Source: Octopus bimaculoides
Taxonomy: Eukaryota
DNA length: 64,000 bases
Assembly (NCBI RefSeq): GCF_001194135.2
Contig: NC_068986.1
Coordinates: forward strand, 7,124,794 to 7,188,793
Direction of reading: 5' to 3'
A model generated the notes under the pieces. That model ran no database searches. It worked only from the letters and a program-made list of their open reading frames with translations, and was not told the DNA's origin. Below, in pieces: positions 1 through 12,129 of this stretch. Position 1 is the first letter of the stretch. The number at the start of each line of letters is the position of its first letter. The position numbers and the translations under genes were made by a program.

Positions 1-213
1 TACAGTGATAGTGGTAGTATAGTAGTAATGATACTGTTGATAGGGAAAGAAGAGAGAGAGTGAAAGATATGACATATCTGGGTAGACTGCAGGAGCAGAG
101 GTGTAATACATGAGGAAAGATAATTTGGTGGTTTGGGGAGGGAGATGGCCACTGTAATGTGGGTGCGGAGAACAATATTAATGAATAAAGAATGGTTAAC
201 AAGTGATATTCTG

Positions 214-254
<41 letters not shown>

Positions 255-336
255 NNNNNNNNNNGAGATGGCCACTGTAATGTGGGTGCGGAGAACAATA
301 TTAATGAATAAAGAATGGTTAACAAGTGATATTCTG

Positions 337-374
<38 letters not shown>

Positions 375-375
<1 letters not shown>

Positions 376-600
376 CCTGTCTTGGTTTGTGTTTGCCACC
401 TTGGAATCCTCTGTTTAGTGGGTCGATCCACTACTCAGGAAGAGACTATTCTAGAGTACGTTCTTGCCTTATCTTTGAAACGTCTAGTTAGAATAGAGGC
501 AGCTGACGAAGGATTTATTCCAAGTGGCTATCTGTTTTCCTACGTGTTCGTTCCGTTGTCTGTAGTTCATTTTTCTAACGTCCTGTACCCTGATATGCAT
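375..600 (+). repeat. Penelope pLTR-like repeat fragment with two tandem degenerate hammerhead-like motifs
   Basis: ACTA-CTCAGGA-AGAGA..TCTTT-GAAACGTC-TAGT (430-488) followed by AGGCAG-CTGACGA-A-GGA..TCC-AAGTGGCTAT-CTGTTT (497-537). Confidence 0.5.
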
Positions 601-710
601 CTATATACACATGTAGATGTAAGTATGTACATATATGTGGGTATACATGCATACATATTCCTTGTATTATTATATCATCGAACGCACGCATCCATTTGCA
701 AGTAAGTTCT

Positions 711-749
<39 letters not shown>

Positions 750-765
750 AATAAACATAATTAAA

Positions 766-862
766 GGATGGAGCCTGGTGCAGCCTTCTGGCTTGCCAGT
801 CCTCAGTCAAATCGTCCAACCCATGCTAGCATGGAATGCGGACGTTAAACGATGATGATGAT
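766..862 (+). mobile_element. RTE-LINE 3' tail (SINE-like truncated copy)
   Basis: ...ccaacccatgctagcatggaatgcggacgttaaac(gat)n tail shared with roughly 20 other copies in the window. Confidence 0.8.
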
Positions 863-2879
863 ACGCACACACACACACACACACATGCATACATCTATAC
901 AATATATCCCCATGCAGTGCTTTGAGAAGTCAGTTTCATTATGATGGGATGATGGGCACGTTTTCACGAGAACTTCATATCACCAGATATCCTGGTCCTT
1001 TGCCATTTCCTGTGAGACTAAGTGTCCTGGTGAAGGCTGACCACTTCAACTTATGTTTTTCTGTGTCTTCCTTGTTCACAGGCTCTGGCTATGTTTAATG
1101 ATTATCACTTCTGTATACAGCTATCTTTGTCCATACACATCACATCTGTATCAGTGCAGTCTTCTTTAATGCATACTATATCTGAATCCTTTTATGCTTA
1201 GTCTTTCAGTACATTTATACTTTGACATTTATACATTCTTATATTGCACATCCAACAGAGAATGCTAGGTTAATTTCTTTCCAGTAGAAACCATACCAAA
1301 GTCAGATGAGCTGTATATATGTATATATATGAATCATCATCATTTAACATCTGTTTTCCATGCAGGCATGGGTTGGATATATATATTTATGTATGTAATA
1401 TATGTGTGTGCGCGTATGTATGTATAATCATTTAACATCTGTTTTCCATGTTGGCATGGGTTGGATGTATATGTATGTATGTATGTACTGTAAAAACTTA
1501 TGTAATTTACGCACTTTTTTTCACAAAAGTATAAATAAACTTTAGGGTATGTATAAATTACATGAGTAGATCATTTCCAGAAATTTTTTTTGTTGATAAA
1601 AGATGTATAAAACATAAACATTTGTACAGAAAAATAATGACTTAAATATAATGAAGTTGACTTTTATTTATGTTGGATTGTATAATGCTTACTTTTTCTG
1701 TATAAATTTACTGAAACCATTAAATGGTTAACTAGCTTTTGAAGTCTGACGTTCATGCTGGTAAATACGGTTTGGGCCATATTTTACATTGCTTGGAGTT
1801 TCTACCTATTGTAATGGAGCACCATTCACATACATAGTGATATGGATATTCCTAACTGAAAAAATGTAATGATATGGATAATCTTGATTGTATGGTTTTA
1901 TTTTTGTCTGTTCATTACTTGGCACAGTTTTAAGTTTGTCACACTGTTTACACCAATTTCAAACATTAGCTTCATTAGCATTAAAATGCCTTCCAGCAGC
2001 TCTATCGCCACATTCAAATGAATATTCAACATATTTAATTTCTCCTTCACAGTAAACGATTCATAAATTCTGCCCATACTGATAATGATGGTNNNNNNNN
2101 NNNNNNNNNNNNNNNNNNNNNNNNNNNNNNNNNNNNNNNNNNNNNNNNNNNNNNNNNNNNNNNNNNNNNNNNNNNNNNNNNNNNNNNNNNNNNNNNNNNN
2201 NNNNNNNNNNNNNNNNNNNNNNNNNNNNNNNNNNNNNNNNNNNNNNNNNNNNNNNNNNNNNNNNNNNNNNNNNNNNNNNNNNNNNNNNNNNNNNNNNNNN
2301 NNNNNNNAACAAGAAAAGGCGGAAAAGAATTCTGTTTACATAATCAGTTTGATCAGTCACCTTCCTCTGTCAGTTGAGTAAAGCGTCATCCAAGCTGATG
2401 TTTATTGGTAATTAAACTTAATTTGCAACACCTGTGCATATTTATCAGCTTTGTTTTTGTTGGTAATTCTTATCAGCAACTTTTCCTCTGATCATGATTT
2501 GAGAAGACATACAGCCGTATGCTAAAGATCAGACATAATCTCTTGTGGGCAAGAAATGTAAAATAAAGTTTATAATAAACAACACAAACACTTTGTAATT
2601 TAATAGCTTTCAGTGTGATACCTGTTAAACAGAAATTATTTTTATTTAATGAAAATTTGATAAAATCTAATCATGAGCAAGTGAAATTATGCTAAATACA
2701 ACTAAATTGGAAACCTTTTCCCCCTAGCTATATCAGAAATTCTGAAAACTTTTGGGTGTGAATTTTACATGAGTAGAAGCTTTTTTTTACCAAATTTTAT
2801 CCTGAAAATGACCTGCATAAATTATACAGGTGCACAGATTTACATGGGTTTTTATGGTATGCTAGTTAACTCAAAGCAG

Positions 2880-3020
2880 AGACCCTGACAGGTGCTACTA
2901 CTTTGGGTCAGAATAGATCTGGGAGCAATAGTGGCTAGGAGATGGTTCCACACTCCACCAAACTCTGGAACCCCTGTACCAGAGTTCCACAACTAGATAC
3001 AGTTTAAAGCCAAAACCACC
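2880..3020 (+). repeat. Unclassified interspersed repeat; related copy inverted at about 3505-3668
   Basis: caggtgctactactttgggtcagaatagatctgggagcaat...gatacagtttaa resembles the reverse complement of 3505-3668 (caggtactactgttccacgtcagaacagaactggaagtaat...gatgcagtttaa). Confidence 0.45.
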
Positions 3021-3848
3021 TGAGTGCAGATGCAGAAATACCCTTGGTTACTGTCAGGGCATGCAGTAAAACCACTGGGAGTAAGGGATTCCCAGCAGCT
3101 GTTAGAACATCCTTCTAGGAGAGGGACATTCTGATGTAAAACCTGCTCTTTCACATGATTATTGGACTTCTAACTTTGGCTCGTTGTTCGATACTAATTA
3201 TAGAGACTCAGAGAGTGGTACTTATGTTGTACAAGTGTTTAATCTTTATAATCCAGTGATGTAGAAATGCTTCTTTTTATGGTGACCTCATTTGTCATTC
3301 CATCTACTGAAAATCCCGTGGTGATGGAGGAGTGGTGACATGTGCAGACCTAACAAGTTATAACTTTTGTTTCTCACTTATGTTTGAAACAAAGCAGGCC
3401 TGCAGCAAGACTGAATAGTCATCTGAGAGGTCATGAATGGAAAGTCAGAATTGCTGTTGACAACAAGGAAGCATAGGGAGATGGCAACCACCATATGCAT
3501 ATATGTATGTACATGTCCTGAGTATAACATTAAACTGCATCCGGTGGTGAGGCACCTGTTGGGGAGTTTTGGTGTTGTGGGGAGAATGGAGTCACCCCTT
3601 AATTACCATTACTTCCAGTTCTGTTCTGACGTGGAACAGTAGTACCTGCCTGGGTTCCATCTATGGGTTAGAAAGATTTCTTCAAGAAAATTAAGGTTTT
3701 TTTTTTCCTGTGACTATTTCTATTCAGCTTATATTCATCTCTTTAAACTGCCTAACACATCTTCTTTTCTGTATTATTATTATTATTATTATTATTGTTA
3801 TTATTATTATTATTATTATAATTATTATTGTTGTTGTTATGTTTTCAG

Positions 3849-3940
3849 AGTATAACATTGCTTGTGTTTGATATTTCTCAAACATAGAGCGATTAGGCTG
3901 AAGGAGCCTACTCTAAGATTCTTGTGAACTCAACTCCAAT
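3849..3940 (+). other. WDR37: WDR37 5' UTR portion of the first coding exon
   Basis: Acceptor ttttcAG ends at 3848. An in-frame TGA lies upstream of ATG 3941, so this part is untranslated and a non-coding upstream exon is implied but was not identified. Confidence 0.6.
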
Positions 3941-4092
3941 ATGTTTATGGATTTGAGCACTAAGCAAAGCAAAGTGAAAAGTTCACAATCAGCATATCGA
4001 AGGCACAGAGGAGTTCATAGAGAGGGACATACTATCACAAACATGAACCGTTACGATCTTGATTCAGACAGTATTTTGCCACCAGAATTGCG
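3941..4092 (+). CDS. WDR37: WD repeat-containing protein 37, coding exon 1 (MFMDLSTKQ...DSDSILPPELR)
   Basis: 50 codons + 2 nt, donor cg|GTAAGT at 4093. The end DSILPPELR aligns with the recalled vertebrate WDR37 DSKLPSSVR. The start could be ATG 3941 or 3947. Confidence 0.8.
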
Positions 4093-4618
4093 GTAAGTAT
4101 TGTAAAATGTCAATTTAACATTTCTCATTGTTGGTTTATGAAAATTTTATTGTAATAAAAATTAGTTTATAATGCATTTTCATAAATGTTTTATTGTTTT
4201 TATATGTTGAAGAAAATGATTTCAAATAATTGAAAGAGGACACAGATCCAACAGTCCATTGGCTCATTGGAATCTCTACCTAATTCTTAGTCTTCATATC
4301 TTGTTACGAGAGAAGATACACTATTATCTTCCCTAGTTCCTTATGAGGGTCTCATTTAACATAGATTAATTAAATGGTCTCTATATAGTGGACTTCTAGT
4401 TTATAAAAAAGTTGTAGGTAGTCATAACGTCTGTCCAATTGATAAATGAAATGATTAAATGACAATTAAACATCTTTGTTATGGATATAAGAAATTGTCA
4501 GTGTGGTCTAACATAAACTGTTGATATTTCCAACACTGTTCTGACAACCTATTAATTTGGTGTGTGAACTTTATTGAATAAAAGCATTAAAGATATGCAT
4601 TTCATAAAGAAAAAATGA

Positions 4619-4762
4619 AATCATCATCATCATCATTTAATGTCCGCTTTCCATGCCAGCATAAGTTGAACGATTTGACTGAGGACTGGTGGACCAGGAG
4701 GCGACACCAGGCTCCAATCTGATTTGGCAGAGTTTCTACAGCTGGATGCCCTCCCTAACGCT
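4619..4762 (-). mobile_element. RTE-LINE 3' tail copy
   Basis: (cat)n-ttaatgtccgctttccatgc...gctggatgccctccctaacg. Confidence 0.85.
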
Positions 4763-5204
4763 TGCTTGCTTGCAATGTTACCCAGCCAAACTGGTGCACA
4801 ATGGGAAAATACTATGAATTAAGTTTCCCTTGAAATGTTAATACGAATGGAATAAAATAAATATAATAAAATCACTGTATGCACATGAAACAATAGAGAT
4901 CAAAATAACAATGTCATAACATATTTAAGTGCATGCAAACATGGGATGGCAATTGTTGTGCTCTGTTTGGGTGTTTACAAGAAAAGTTATTACTGTTATT
5001 TTTTTTTGTTAATAGCTTTGAATTCTAATTTAAAGTTATTTTGAAGCAGTTACCTTCATGAATATGAATGAACTTTTGTTTAGTCATCAGCTTTATGGAA
5101 CAGGTATTTGTTTTTATAAGAGCTAAAAAGTTAGGGAAAAATAAAAGTGCGACTTTTAAAATTTTGAACAATCTTACATATACTAAAATCTCATGTGTGT
5201 CTCA

Positions 5205-5815
5205 TCAGTAATTGCTCTCCCTGTTTTCCAACTATGCTGAGTTTCTGTAGTTTGTGACTTATCATTCAATAATTGACCTTATCAAAAGCCTTTGTTGTCA
5301 AGATATATCACATCCAAGTTTGAGTGATTCAGTAATTGTTTCAACACCCAATCATAATGCTGCAAGAGCTGTGTAAGGCAGCTTCTTTCTGAGTAGAATC
5401 CATGCTGGGTGTCAGGGAGCTAACCGTTATCTTTGAGGAATGCGATCAGTTTCTTACTGATAAGGCTTTCCATGACTTTGCTGACATGGGAGGTGAGAGA
5501 GACAAGTCTATAATTTTTAGTATCTGCTCTGCTACCTCTATTATGGACATATTATGTCTTCCTTTAACATTCTGGGAAGTCTCCCAGTTGTGAGGAAGCT
5601 CTGCAAGAGGATCTGTAGTGGTCTTGCTAGAGCTCCTTTGCATTTCTTTAGGAGGATTGCTGGGAATCCATCAGGACCTGTGGCTGAGTTTGAGCTCATT
5701 TCATCAATGGCTGATATTAAATTCATTTCTTCTGTTTTGATGTTATCAATAATTGCCATCTCTTTGTGTAAAGCTGTGGTGCTGAAGATCTCACCAGCAT
5801 ATCTACTTGTCTAGT
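5205..5815 (-). mobile_element. CR1/Jockey-group LINE RT fragment, decayed
   Basis: Minus-strand SATGPDGFPAILLKKCKGALARPL and ...YLD..KAFDKV; homologous to 52400-53470. Confidence 0.85.
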
Positions 5816-6301
5816 AGATATGTCGCGAGACAGTCAAAACAATAGGACTGGACTGCGATTACTCAGACAACACACAGAAGTTGCACTGATTCCATGAACG
5901 ATACTGAAATCAACCTCCAATATGGCCATACTAATCTCCATCCTCTCACCAACCAAAAACCTAGAATAGCTTACACTCCTACATTATGGCTGAGTGATTA
6001 GCAGTATACAAGTGTATGCAGCTGTATGACATGAAGCTATCTGCACGTCTTGGCCATTTTTGTTACTACATCTGAAGGCATTGCAACTTGTTTTATTTTC
6101 TAAAGGAACACTTATTAAAGTTGTAGAGACGAAAGCTGGCTCTTGGTGAAGCATCTTTTAGTTGTTTTACTTAACTTCTGGTTTGGGTCTTTTTTTTTAC
6201 ACCTTCACTATTTCAGCTTTGACTTACAAAACACATCTGCTGCAAGAAACACATTCCCCTTTTCTTTCTTTTTATGTATAACAATATTATTTTCTTTACA
6301 G

Positions 6302-6372
6302 GACTAAACTGTATCGGTTATTTGGACAAATTGAAAGGGAGTTTGAGAAAGTTTATTCTGAAAATGTATCTT
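6302..6372 (+). CDS. WDR37: WDR37 coding exon 2 (TKLYRLFGQIEREFEKVYSENVS)
   Basis: tttacAG acceptor, t|GTAAGT donor, phases fit both neighbours. LFGQIEREFE is the WDR37 coiled-coil signature. Confidence 0.95.
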
Positions 6373-6509
6373 GTAAGTATTTTATTTTTCTCACATGTGT
6401 TTAGATCATTTGTTTATTTTAATATAAAAAAAGGTGAATAAAATAATTTATTACAATTTCAACATAATTCACCATTAGAATACTTTTTAGGTCGGCCCGA
6501 GGCTATAGT

Positions 6510-6598
6510 AGAAGACACTTGCCCAAGATGCCACGCAGTGGGAATGAACCTGGAACCATGTGGTTGGTAAGCAAGCTACTTACCACACAGCCACTCCT
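6510..6598 (-). mobile_element. tRNA-derived SINE head (family A), partial
   Basis: Reverse complement of gtggctgtgtggtaag...ggttccgggttcagtcccactg...ttgggcaagtgtcttctactatagcc as seen at 37632. Confidence 0.8.
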
Positions 6599-7553
6599 AA
6601 CAGCAGATATATTATAACTATTTCTAGATACTATATTATGAATGTTTTTGCTGCAAATATAATGGTGGCAATTTGAATATCATTGTCTGCTTCTCCATTG
6701 TGGTATAAATTTGATGGAAATTTTAATGAGAATAAACTTCAATTTGAAAAAAGATTGGAAATGAATAAGCCTCAAACACTAATCATAGGAAAAAAAAAAG
6801 ATGAATGAAAATCTCTTTATGAAAACAGAAGATAACATTTTCTTTTCTTTATTCATGTTTTCATAAAAACATAGAATTATTTAAAATTATGGTTAGGAGA
6901 ATATACAAACTCAGGGAGGAATCATTTAACTTTGGAAGCCTTGTTCAGTGCAGTCATGTTAACCCTGTTTCTCAAGCACTACTCATATCAAGAAAGCACC
7001 TCTAAACATGAAATATCCAGCTTTTAGAGTCCTCATTGTTGCCCCAAATGCTGGGCTTCCCTATCATCAAGGATCTTTCCTGGTAAAATCACATCCTTAG
7101 CGTAGCTAAGACTACACCCAAAAGACTATCCTTTCTCTCTAGGACCAGAAGATATTTTAGCCCCTTATAGCTGCTGACGTCTGGGATGCTGCTTTCTATG
7201 CATACATTCAGGGCAACATCCAGAGAAGGGTCACTTGGCTGATTGGCACCTCATCACTAATGGACATACTCCTGTCTGCCAGCCTAATTTATGATTGCCT
7301 TATATAGTAATTGATCTTAGGATATTGAGTGGGGAAGTAAACCAGGTACATTTTCTCTGAGGAACAACAACAAACTGTGAAATGGTCTAACTCTTCTTTC
7401 CATGCATCATGGGGAATAGCCTAATTTGCATATTTATGCACTTTAGAAATTTTAATGCATTATATTACAATCTGCTTTTAGTCATAGTTAGTACATTTTA
7501 TTTATCTAATCCAAATGCAGTTATGCAATAAGTGCTTCTAACTTTGAAGTCCA

Positions 7554-7602
<49 letters not shown>

Positions 7603-7603
<1 letters not shown>

Positions 7604-7990
7604 GGTATGGATGTGGCTAAAATGTTTGCTTTGCACCCATATGGTTTTGAGTTCAATCCAATTGCATAGCATCTAGGACAAGTATCTTTTGCTATAGCTC
7701 TGAGCTATGAGTGGATTTGGTAGATGGAAACTAAAAGAAGCTTGTCATGTATATCATCATCATCATCATTTCTATTTTCCATGCTGGCATGGGTTTGAAG
7801 GTTTGACTGGTACTAGTAAGTCAGCTGCACCAAGCTCTAGTCTGTTTTGGTTTGGTTTCTATGACTGGATGCCCTTCCTAATGCCAACCACTTCACAGAG
7901 TGTACTGGGTGTCTTTAATGTACCACTGGCACAGGTGCCTTTAACATGCCACCAGCATGGGTGCCTTTTCTGTGTCACTGGCACTAGCTA
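7603..7990. mobile_element. Decayed family-A SINE (+, 7603-7752) abutting an RTE 3' tail copy (-, 7756-7990)
   Basis: Similarity to the other copies in the window. Confidence 0.7.
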
Positions 7991-8029
7991 CAACTACAAT
8001 ACCACTAAGCTTGACATATTTTCTTAAGT

Positions 8030-8340
8030 GCAGAAATCACCAACAGTCTGAGTCAGTTATCATCTCTGTGTGACTCAACATCCAAAGATCATGCTTCACC
8101 ACCTCATCCCACATCTTTCTGAGTCTATCTCTACCACAGGTTGCCTCCACATTTAGAGATTGGAACTTCTTCATGCAGCTCTCCTCATCCATATGCATCA
8201 CATGACCATACCATTTCAGTCTTCTCTCTTGCACACATCTGATGCCTCTTATACCCATTTTTTCTCTTAAGGCATTCACACTGTTGTACATTTACATTAA
8301 CCTTGCACATCCAATGAAGCATACTAGCTCATATCTCTTT
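8030..8340 (-). mobile_element. RTE LINE C-terminal fragment
   Basis: LREKMGIRGIRCVQERRLKWYGHVMHMDEESC...GRDRLRKMWDEVVKHDL, homologous to 62420-62716. Confidence 0.85.
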
Positions 8341-8589
8341 GTCGTAACATCACATACTGATTAAAAGCAATGTCACCATTCTTACAAACACTGGCATTTG
8401 TTTGCAGTCCTCTGTGAAAACATGTCCAGCTAGTGTGTTGTTCATGTTTAAAAGGGAAATATTACCTTGTTTGGAAGCAGGAAACAATTGAGGGTTTGGA
8501 ACAGGAAGAACCTTGACATAGAAAATCTGCTGCAACAAATTTTATCTGAGCCTTGCAAGTGTGAGAAAGTGGATGTTAAAATTATATAT

Positions 8590-9680
8590 ATCATCATCAT
8601 CATCGTTTAACATCCCTTTTCCTTGCTAGCATGGGTGGGACGGTATCACAAGAGCCAGTCAGGCCTAAGCCTGCACCAGACTTCTGTGATTGTTTTGGCA
8701 GGTGTTTTACAGATGGATGCCATTCTAACATCAACCATTCAGCAGAGTGGTCTTAGTGTATTTTACATGGCACAAGCACAAGTGAGGTGAGTAGTGTTTT
8801 TATATGGCACAAGCACAGGCAAGGTCAGTTTTGGCAAAGTTCTTACAGCTGGATGCCCTTCCAAACACTGACCACTTTACAGTGTGGACTGGGTGCTTTT
8901 AATATATATATTAAAACACATGTCTTGTTGTAGAGGAGGTACATGAATAATATCATCATCATCATAAATGATGATGATGATATTAATCATGTACCTCCTC
9001 TGCAGCAAGACATGTGTTCCTACCTCTGTCTCTCCATCACACTTGAACCTTTCATCATCTGATACAAGATCACCTCCTTTAGTGTCCCCTCTTTCACAGG
9101 ATCGTTGCCTTGCAAGTTACTTGGTGACTCTGCCAGTGTTGGTGGCATGCAAAAAGCATCCTTTCACACTGTGAAGTGGTTGGTATTTAGAAGGTCATCC
9201 AGCTGTAAAAATCATGCCAAAACTGACTTCACGTGCACTTGTGCCATGTAAAAGCATTCTGTCCAGTTTGTTGGGTAGTTGGTGCTAGGAAGGGAATCCA
9301 GCTGTAAAAACCGTGACAAAACAGACACAGAAGTCTCATGCAGGCTCCTGGCTGGCCAGCTCCTGTCAAACCATCTAACCCATGCCAGCATGGAAGGTGG
9401 ATGTCAAACAGCAACAATGACGATGATGATGATGATGATATATATTGTAATTTTGCTTAGGCAAACTGATACTTCATCTGTTGCTAGAACTCAATATACA
9501 TATCATCATCATCATTTAATGTCTGTTGTCCATGCTGGCATGGGTTGGATGGTTTGACCAGAGTTGGTAAGCTGAGGGGCTGCACCAGACTCCAGTCTGA
9601 TTTGGCATGGTTTCTATGGCTGGATGCTCTTCCTAACACCAACCACTCTGAGAGTTTAATAGGTACTTTTATATGTCACC
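8590..9680. mobile_element. Cluster of RTE 3' tail copies in both orientations (8590-8900 -, 9110-9220 +, 9260-9438 +, 9503-9680 -)
   Basis: Shared gaagggcatccagctgtaaaaa core and acccatgccagcatgga...(gat)n tail. Confidence 0.75.
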
Positions 9681-9931
9681 GGCATGGATGCCAATTTCGT
9701 GACACCAGTATCTGCTACAACTGTGATTTCACTTGGCTTGATGCATCTTCTTCTCAAGCACGGCATATAGCCAAAGTTTTCATTTTGCAGAGTTGGGAAA
9801 ACCGTAATAAATGACTTCAATGTTAAATGTTCTCAATGAAATGAGTTCCCAGTTTTTCATATACTTTGTTCCATAATGTTTCTCATTAGTATTCAAAAAG
9901 CTTTGTATGAATTATTTTTCTATTTTCCAAG

Positions 9932-10048
9932 TACAAGAGAAAGTTGAAGCTTTAAATGAACGCCTTGAGTCATATACAAACTGTAGCATTGATAAACCAG
10001 CTCCAGATATTACAGATTCATCAGAAATATCTGCCAAACCCAAAAGAT
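9932..10048 (+). CDS. WDR37: WDR37 coding exon 3 (LQEKVEALNERLESY...AKPKR)
   Basis: ttttccAAG acceptor, t|GTATGT donor. LNERL motif continues the coiled coil and the frame is open across both junctions. Confidence 0.9.
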
Positions 10049-11361
10049 GTATGTATTTTATATGAATTTTATTTCTTTTTTGATGTGTATTCTGATTGTA
10101 CTTAAAACTAATTTCCTGTGGGCCACAACAATATTCATGGAATTATGTTAATGAAAAATTCCTCAGGCCATATTTTTTCTAAATCCCACATTACAATAGA
10201 CATATCACAGTATTTGTCATTGTGATTGTAGGATAAGGTTTTTTATGTCTGACTTAGGTCAGATATGTGACTTACTAATCAACTTTAAGAGTGATTTGCT
10301 TTTTATTGAGGAAAAAAAATTGGAAAATGCTATAAAAGTGATAAAAGTAAGAAGAAAACAAAAGAAACTGAATTTTGTCAATGTTTAATGTAACATCTGC
10401 AGAGATTAAAAGCCATCTTATGTTTGACAACTGCCATAAAAAAAAAGTGAGAAATTAAAAATTGAGAAAGAAGTCATACAAAGTAACATTGCAGGTCATA
10501 AATTATTGAATTAACCCTTTCGTTATTGTATTTATTTTCAGATGCTCTGTGTTTTTTTCAATTAAGAAAGAATTTAGTAAAATAACGTAGTTATCATTAA
10601 GCTAGTGTTAGGAACATAAATTGTGACTAAGGTTTGATGGAAAATTTTTATTCAAAATATCATAATGCATTATAATTATTATTATTAATCTAGATTCTTT
10701 ATTACACAAAAGATTATCCAATTGTTCTTTCAGTTTGTTGATATTTCCTCTGTATTATACCCCTTCTATTTTTTGAGAGGGTATTGAAGTCCTGTCTTTT
10801 GAACCCCATTCTATTGTAGTATTTAGTTCTGTTCTAAATTAGACTGAAACTGTTGGCCCTGTGGGGATCTACTTGGTTCCAGGATTTATATAACTTTCAA
10901 TGCCAACCCACTAGGTCTTCTGGATATAACTTACACCATAAACTTGATGCCTTTGCTCCAAGGAGTAGAGTCTTTAAGCTACATCATCACCATAATCTTC
11001 ATCATCATCATCATTTCTATGCTAGCATGGATTGGATGGGTTCTGTAATGTCTCACCATTCACTCTGGTACTTTGTCATCTCACATACAAAGCAATAAAA
11101 TTTTTTAAAAATCAGAATTTGATGCTTGAGATTAAAGCATCTACTTTGGTTGGTTGAAAGTCAGATAGTTAGTTTAGTGTAATTGTATCACATCTGTCTT
11201 GGTTATAAATGTGTGGTTTGAGTTCCACAGGTAACTGTCTGCCCCCTTTTTTTTTTTTAAGCCAATGTGCTATAAGCTTTTGTTTAGTGTTGAATTCCCT
11301 TTCAGATATACCTTTAGTAAAGTCTTATTTCTTGAGTAATTTGGAAGCTTTTCTTATTCAG

Positions 11362-11547
11362 CTGCAAGTCAAATTTCACAGAAGATCAAGTCAACCTATA
11401 AAGTATCAACTAGTAAAATAGTCTCCAGTTTTCGGACAGCTCCTACTGCATACAATTTAGTGAGGGAGTATTCTGGGCATCGTGATGGAGTATGGGAAGT
11501 CAGTGTGTCAAAAGCTGGGCATCCAGTTTTAGGTACAGCATCTGCAG
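11362..11547 (+). CDS. WDR37: WDR37 coding exon 4 ([24 protein letters not shown]...[11 protein letters not shown]...LGTASA)
   Basis: ttattcAG acceptor, g|GTAAGT donor. Near-identical to the WDR37 [19 protein letters not shown] motif and the first WD40 repeat. Confidence 0.97.
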
Positions 11548-12069
11548 GTAAGTTAATTGCTTGATTGCTTGTTGCATATAAGTGATTGTTTATTATATTT
11601 ATAGTTAATCAACATACATCTCTTCAAAGAAATCACTTCTATGCCGTAGCATGTGATAGACTCATTTATTATTTTGATCACCACTAGTTTCCTGGGACTA
11701 AGGTTTCATATTATTCTGGTTACATATAAAAAGGTAACATATATATTTCATTAATAATTCACTTCAAATTAATACAATTTGAATTTTTCCAATTATTAGT
11801 AATATAACATTATTTCTATTTACTCTGTTTTGACAGGTCTGATCTATGATCCTCATGGGGTGTCTTATTCCTGGCTATGTTCATTTTACTTGATTGAATT
11901 TGAAATAGGAACCTTGATATCTAAACTCAGGCTGATAATAATCTTGTTCACTATGTCACTGACATCTATACGTTTAATTTGTAATTTGTTATGGCAAAGA
12001 ACAATCTTGATCATTGTATCAACTTCTACAAAAGAAATGAATACTCTGAATGACGAATAACCATTATAT

Positions 12070-12129
12070 AAGACTCCTAGCAGTTCCAAAGACTCCTAGC
12101 AGTTCCAAAGACTCCTAGCAGTTCCAAAG
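12070..12129. repeat. Perfect 19-bp tandem triplication (aagactcctagcagttcca)x3
   Basis: Read directly: units at 12070, 12089 and 12108. Confidence 0.95.

Noticed and set aside
133-374. 190-aa ORF and apparent direct repeat (206-254 / 267-374)
   Set aside because: The same sequence is echoed on both sides of a short N gap, an assembly overlap artefact. The same pattern occurs near 19963, 26900, 43717, 49695 and 52062.
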